From the NCBI GenBank assembly GCA_041694835.1, contig JBGFRZ010000072.1, forward strand, positions 1 to 35,516: DNA of 35,516 nt, read 5' to 3'. Positions 28,975 to 35,516 of this stretch are shown one piece after another. Position 1 is the first letter of the stretch, and every line of letters begins with the position of its first letter. The notes beneath the pieces are model-generated. The model was given only the letters and a program-made list of their open reading frames with translations, did not search any database and was not told the origin of the DNA. This DNA is from Ignavibacteria bacterium (lineage in GTDB: Bacteria; Elusimicrobiota; Endomicrobiia; PHAN01). The translations under genes were made by a program, and so were the position numbers.

Positions 28975-29706
28975 ATGGAACTAATTGTTGCTTTAGATGT
29001 TGATACTCTCTCAGAAGCAGAGAAAATTATAAATCTTTTGAAACACAAAGTTGATGTATTCAAAGTGGGTTCGCGGCTTTTTACGTCTGTTGGTCCTGCA
29101 ATTTTGAATTTATTAAATTCGAATGATTGTAAAATATTTTTGGACTTGAAATACCACGATATACCAACGGTTATTTCCGATGCCGTTCGGGCCGCCTATG
29201 ATAATAAAGTTTTTGCTGTATCTCTTCATATCGCCGGCGGGAGAGAAATGCTCGAAAAGTGTGTTTCTTTGAAGAACAAACCGCTCCTATGGGGCATAAC
29301 CGTGCTTACGAGTTTTGATGAAAATGACTTAAAAGAACTTGGTGTGTGTAGAAAAATCGAAGAACAGGTTTTGCACTTGGCAAAAATCGCCAAAAGCATC
29401 GGGCTCGACGGCGTCGTTTGTTCGCCGGGGGAAATAGAAATCGTGAAAAAGTTGGGCAGTTTAAAAATAATCATTCCGGGCATACGATTTACCCCGTTAG
29501 AAGTCCGATCCGTTAACACATCGACATCCCGTTCATCGGGACTAATTCTGGCGGGGCATGTGGAAACGACTGACGACCAAAAAAGAACACTGACGCCAAA
29601 GGAGGCAAAGGAAAAAAACGCCGACTACATTGTCGTCGGGAGACCAATAATTAAGGCAGATAATCCACTCGCAGTCACAGAAAAAATACTTGAAGAAATA
29701 AAATAA
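28975..29706 (+). CDS. pyrF: Orotidine-5'-phosphate decarboxylase
   Basis: IVALD, FLDLKYHDIP, PGIR...DDQKR and VVGRPI motifs; start placed at ATG 28975. Confidence 0.96.
   Translation: MELIVALDVDTLSEAEKIINLLKHKVDVFKVGSRLFTSVGPAILNLLNSNDCKIFLDLKYHDIPTVISDAVRAAYDNKVFAVSLHIAGGREMLEKCVSLKNKPLLWGITVLTSFDENDLKELGVCRKIEEQVLHLAKIAKSIGLDGVVCSPGEIEIVKKLGSLKIIIPGIRFTPLEVRSVNTSTSRSSGLILAGHVETTDDQKRTLTPKEAKEKNADYIVVGRPIIKADNPLAVTEKILEEIK
29492..29556. mobile_element. Degenerate CCCCGTTAGA-family element in-frame in pyrF
   Basis: CCCCGTTAGAA...TTCTGGCGGGG; ends match the reverse complement of the pyrK copy; 65+4 = 69 bp. Confidence 0.78.
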
Positions 29707-29741
29707 ATACATATTTCAGTGCAAAATCGGATGCAGATGAA

Positions 29742-30004
29742 CCCCGTTAGAAATTTCTAATGGTGGATATTGCCCGGAAAAACTTTTAGTATATTGAAAT
29801 TGTTGAAAAACCCATCTTTTTCACTTAAAGGGCAGTTTCTTAACGGTTAAAAGTTTCAATCAGACCGCAAAACTCCTCGCTTTGCTCGTCAGACATTGCG
29901 GTCTAAACGATTTCAACTTTTAACCTGAAACTGCCAAATCGTTCAAAAGATTAAGGTTTTTCAACGAGCTCATATTCTTAAAGTCGTTGTAATTTCTAAC
30001 GGTG
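29742..30004. mobile_element. Long (263 bp) CCCCGTTAGA-family element with internal foldback
   Basis: CCCCGTTAGAAATT...AATTTCTAACGGTG with flanks TGAA/TGAA; interrupts a GGAYGCAGATGAACGCAGA repeat. Confidence 0.85.
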
Positions 30005-30172
30005 TGAACGCAGATTAAACCGCTTTGATATCTTTTTCGGTGTTTATCTGTGGTTAAAAGTTTTATTCTGCGGTAATCTTGTAAATCCGCGTCCCAAACA
30101 AAGTGTATGTTTCTGTGGTTTATTCAGTTATGAGGTTTTGGTGACAATTAAAAATACTTTTGAAGGATATTT

Positions 30173-30739
30173 ATGATGAACGTATTAAAATTATTCAAAG
30201 AACAAAAAGCACTTTTATCCGGACATTTCCTGCTTTCGTCGGGTTTGCATTCCGACAAATATGTTCAATGCGCCAAAGTTTTACAATATCCAAATCTCGC
30301 AGAACAACTCGCCAAAGCGCTCATGGCTCGTGGCTCGTGGCTCGTGGCTCGTTCAAAGATTGATGTTGTTGTTTCACCGGCAATAGGCGGGCTTGTTATT
30401 GGGCAGGAAATCGCAAGACAATTAAAAACCCGTGCAATATTTTGCGAAAGAGAAAATGGAAAAATGGAACTCCGTCGCGGATTTGAAATTAAAAAAAATG
30501 AAAAATGTTTGATTGCCGAAGATGTAATAACAACCGGCTCGTCGACGAATGAGGTAATAGAAGTAGTGAAGGAAGCGGGTGGAAAAATAGCGGGGAAAAT
30601 TGCTATTATCGACAGGTCGCCGCTAAAAAATTTTGCCGTTTCATTGTTGAAACTAAAAATAAAAGCATACGAACCGGAAAATTGTCCATTGTGTAAGAAG
30701 AAAATACCACTAATAAAACCCGGCAGTAAACCCCGTTAG
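30173..30739 (+). CDS. pyrE: Orotate phosphoribosyltransferase
   Basis: GHFLLSSGLHS, SPAIGG, LRRGF, EDVITTG and CPLC...KPGS motifs. Confidence 0.95.
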   Translation: MMNVLKLFKEQKALLSGHFLLSSGLHSDKYVQCAKVLQYPNLAEQLAKALMARGSWLVARSKIDVVVSPAIGGLVIGQEIARQLKTRAIFCERENGKMELRRGFEIKKNEKCLIAEDVITTGSSTNEVIEVVKEAGGKIAGKIAIIDRSPLKNFAVSLLKLKIKAYEPENCPLCKKKIPLIKPGSKPR

Positions 30740-30853
30740 AGATACATTCTTACTGCCTGCGAATGATAGTTATGATAAATCAATGTGAGCAAAGTTTCTC
30801 AGGTAAAATTACAGATAGAGCGTCCCGACTGGGCGGGACTATCTCTGACGGGG
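30731..30853 (+). mobile_element. 123-bp CCCCGTTAGA-family element, copy A
   Basis: CCCCGTTAGAGATA...TATCTCTGACGGGG with flanks TAAA/TAAA; 120/123 identical to 31857-31979. Confidence 0.9.
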
Positions 30854-30890
30854 TAAAAATTTATAACTATAGGAAAGATAACTATGAACG

Positions 30891-31856
30891 ATGAACGATA
30901 ATATGATTACTTACAAAAAATCTGGTGTAAATATTGATAGGGCTAATGAATTTGTCGATTGGCTCAAAAAAATGGCGCCGAAAATCGGTGGATTTTCCGG
31001 ACTTTTCCCGATAGATAAAAATAAGTTTTTGGCCGCATCTTGCGATGGTGTCGGCACAAAGTTAAAAATTGCCCGGTTGCTGAATAAACACAACACCATT
31101 GGTATCGACCTTGTAGCGATGAATGTAAACGACCTAATATGTTGTGGAGCCAAACCGCTGTTTTTCCTCGATTACTACGCTTGCGGGAAACTGAATTTAC
31201 AAATCGCAAAGGAAGTTATTTCGGGGATAAAAAACGGTTGTGAGCAATCAAATTGTACATTGCTTGGGGGTGAAACGGCGGAAATGCCGGGATTTTATAA
31301 AGGAAACGAATATGATTTGGCGGGTTTTGCGGTTGGAATCGTCGAGAAAAAGAATATTATTGACGGTTCGAAGACAAAAAAAGGCGATTTAATAATAGGT
31401 TTGCCTTCTTCTGGATTACATTCAAACGGTTTTTCGCTTGTTAGAAAGGTTTTCTCGGAAAAAGAAATAAGAAAACATGGAACCGCGCTTTTGCAACCAA
31501 CAAGAATCTATGTAAACCAAATCTACTCACTACTTACTACTTGTTACTCACTGCGAAATTTCATTCATGGAATTTCGCATATCACTGGCGGTGGTTTTTA
31601 TGACAATATTGTAAGAATACTTCCCAAAAGTTGTAAGGCGGTAATTTACAAAGACAGATGGGTTGTTCCCGGGATTTTTACAATCATACAGAAGAAAGGA
31701 AATGTTTCCGCTCAAGAAATGTATAGAACTTTCAACATGGGAATTGGAATGATACTAATTGTTCAAAGTTCAAAGTTCGAAGTTCAAAGTTTATTGAAAG
31801 ATGCTGTCATTATCGGTGAAATTGTTGAAGGAAAACGGAGGGTTGAGATTGTTTAA
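30891..31856 (+). CDS. purM: AIR synthase
   Basis: YKKSGVNI, DGVGTK, GGETAEMPG, SSGLHSNG, HITGGG and TFNMGIG motifs. Confidence 0.97.
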   Translation: MNDNMITYKKSGVNIDRANEFVDWLKKMAPKIGGFSGLFPIDKNKFLAASCDGVGTKLKIARLLNKHNTIGIDLVAMNVNDLICCGAKPLFFLDYYACGKLNLQIAKEVISGIKNGCEQSNCTLLGGETAEMPGFYKGNEYDLAGFAVGIVEKKNIIDGSKTKKGDLIIGLPSSGLHSNGFSLVRKVFSEKEIRKHGTALLQPTRIYVNQIYSLLTTCYSLRNFIHGISHITGGGFYDNIVRILPKSCKAVIYKDRWVVPGIFTIIQKKGNVSAQEMYRTFNMGIGMILIVQSSKFEVQSLLKDAVIIGEIVEGKRRVEIV

Positions 31857-31979
31857 CCCCGTTAGAGATACATTCTTACTGTCTGCGAATGATAGTTATG
31901 ATAAATCAATGTGAGCAAAGTTTCTCAGGTAAAATTACAGATAGAGCGTCTCGACTGGTCGGGACTATCTCTGACGGGG
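31857..31979 (+). mobile_element. 123-bp CCCCGTTAGA-family element, copy B
   Basis: Direct repeat of 30731-30853; flanks TTAA/TAAA; overlaps the 5' end of purN. Confidence 0.9.
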
Positions 31980-32545
31980 TAAAAATCGGTGTTTTGGCAT
32001 CAGGCGGTGGGACAAATTTTCAAGCGATTATCGATGCCTGCGAGTCGGGCAAAGTTGATGCAAAAGTTGTAGTGGTTGTATGCAACAAAAAGGACGCATT
32101 TGCACTGCAGAGGGCAAAAAAACACAACATACGAGCGGTTTTTATCGACTCAAAAAAGCACGATTTTGACAAAAAAGCGGTTGAGGTATTGCAAAAACAT
32201 AAAGTCGACCTGGTTTGTTTGGCAGGATTTTTACTAAAACTTGGCAAGAATTTTATTAGAAAATACAAAAATAAAATCCTAAACATTCACCCCGCTCTTT
32301 TGCCAAAATTTGGCGGAAAAGGAATGTATGGAATAAATGTTCATAAAGCGGTGATTGAAGCGGGGGAGAAAATATCGGGATGCACGGTTCATCTCGTTGA
32401 TGAAAAATATGACCACGGCAAAGTGGTTTTACAAAAAAAAGTGCGGGTTTTCAAAAATGATACGCCTGAAAAATTGCAAAAAAGAGTTTTGAAACAAGAA
32501 CACAAACTTTACCCCGACGCAATAAAACTCATTGAACGCAGATGA
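31889..32545 (+). CDS. purN: Phosphoribosylglycinamide formyltransferase (start uncertain, lies within the element)
   Basis: KIGVLASGGGTNFQA, NIHPALLPKFGG and GCTVHLVDEKYDHG motifs. Confidence 0.93.
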   Translation: MIVMINQCEQSFSGKITDRASRLVGTISDGVKIGVLASGGGTNFQAIIDACESGKVDAKVVVVVCNKKDAFALQRAKKHNIRAVFIDSKKHDFDKKAVEVLQKHKVDLVCLAGFLLKLGKNFIRKYKNKILNIHPALLPKFGGKGMYGINVHKAVIEAGEKISGCTVHLVDEKYDHGKVVLQKKVRVFKNDTPEKLQKRVLKQEHKLYPDAIKLIERR

Positions 32546-32680
32546 ACGCAGAAAAGGCAAGATTAAGAATAAGAATAAAGTGATAAGGATTAAGAAAAAA
32601 AATTAATTCTTAAAGCGAACGAAAAGAGCGTCTTAATCCTTAATTCTTTTCATCTGCGAAAATCCTGTAAATCTGCGTCC
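32534..32680. repeat. Two-layer inverted-arm repeat that supplies the purN stop
   Basis: Similar to 17532-17763, sharing the core TTAATTCTTAAAGCGAACGAA.AGAGCGTCTTAATCCTTAAT. Confidence 0.85.
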
Positions 32681-32766
32681 TAAAAATAAATGAATAAAAG
32701 TGAGCGCAACGAACTTTGTAGCCCCCCGATTTATCGGGGGGGGTGAGCGCAGCGAATGAGGTGATT

Positions 32767-35303
<2,537 letters not shown>

Positions 35304-35418
35304 CAGCAATAAAAATACTTATTGCTGAAGGTTGAAACGGACTTGGTCAGCGTTATGAGACAAGCATTCGGCATTGCACCTATCAGCCGCAAGTGAAAGA
35401 TGTCTGCTATTAAATAGC

Positions 35419-35457
35419 AAGAGCACTCTGAATCCATTTCAGGGTGCTCTTTTTTTT
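35419..35457 (+). terminator. Intrinsic terminator downstream of purA
   Basis: AAGAGCACTCTGAA-TCCAT-TTCAGGGTGCTCTT stem followed by a T run. Confidence 0.85.
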
Positions 35458-35487
35458 GTCGGTAAATTATGTTAAAAATAGGTTTTC

Positions 35488-35516
35488 TTGAAAATTCTTA
35501 CATTTTCTTGTATAAT
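35488..35516 (+). promoter_or_regulatory. Probable sigma70 promoter for the next gene (outside the window)
   Basis: TTGAAA-17 bp-TATAAT. Confidence 0.55.

Overview
Bacterial chromosome segment, probably from an anaerobe (class III RNR); taxonomy cannot be fixed from the sequence alone. On the left, the minus strand carries a phosphate-uptake unit (small hypothetical, porin-like protein, pstS, pstC) behind a PhoP-box-like promoter. On the right, the plus strand (about 30.6 kb) carries 27 co-oriented nucleotide-metabolism genes: nrdR, CxxC redoxin, nrdG, nrdD, dut, guaB (GuaB3-type), guaA, short thyA, purC, purS, purL, purQ, purF, purD, purE, purK, pyrR, pyrB, pyrC, pyrK, pyrD, pyrF, pyrE, purM, purN, purB and purA, ending in an intrinsic terminator. 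The gene content is housekeeping, but the DNA is heavily colonised by small repeats that also enter the proteins. (1) A MITE-like family with CCCCGTTAGA...TCTAACGGGG termini and apparent 4-bp TRAA target duplications is inserted in-frame into purS, pyrK and pyrF (a CCCCGCAC variant into purL), supplies the pyrE stop and displaces the purN start. (2) Many different 7-nt (also 8- and 10-nt) tandem tracts form nested inverted pairs between genes, are translated inside PyrC, PyrK, PyrD, PyrE, PurM and PurD, and supply several stop codons. (3) GTAG-headed REP-like hairpins are scattered throughout. No transposase for any of these families lies in the window.
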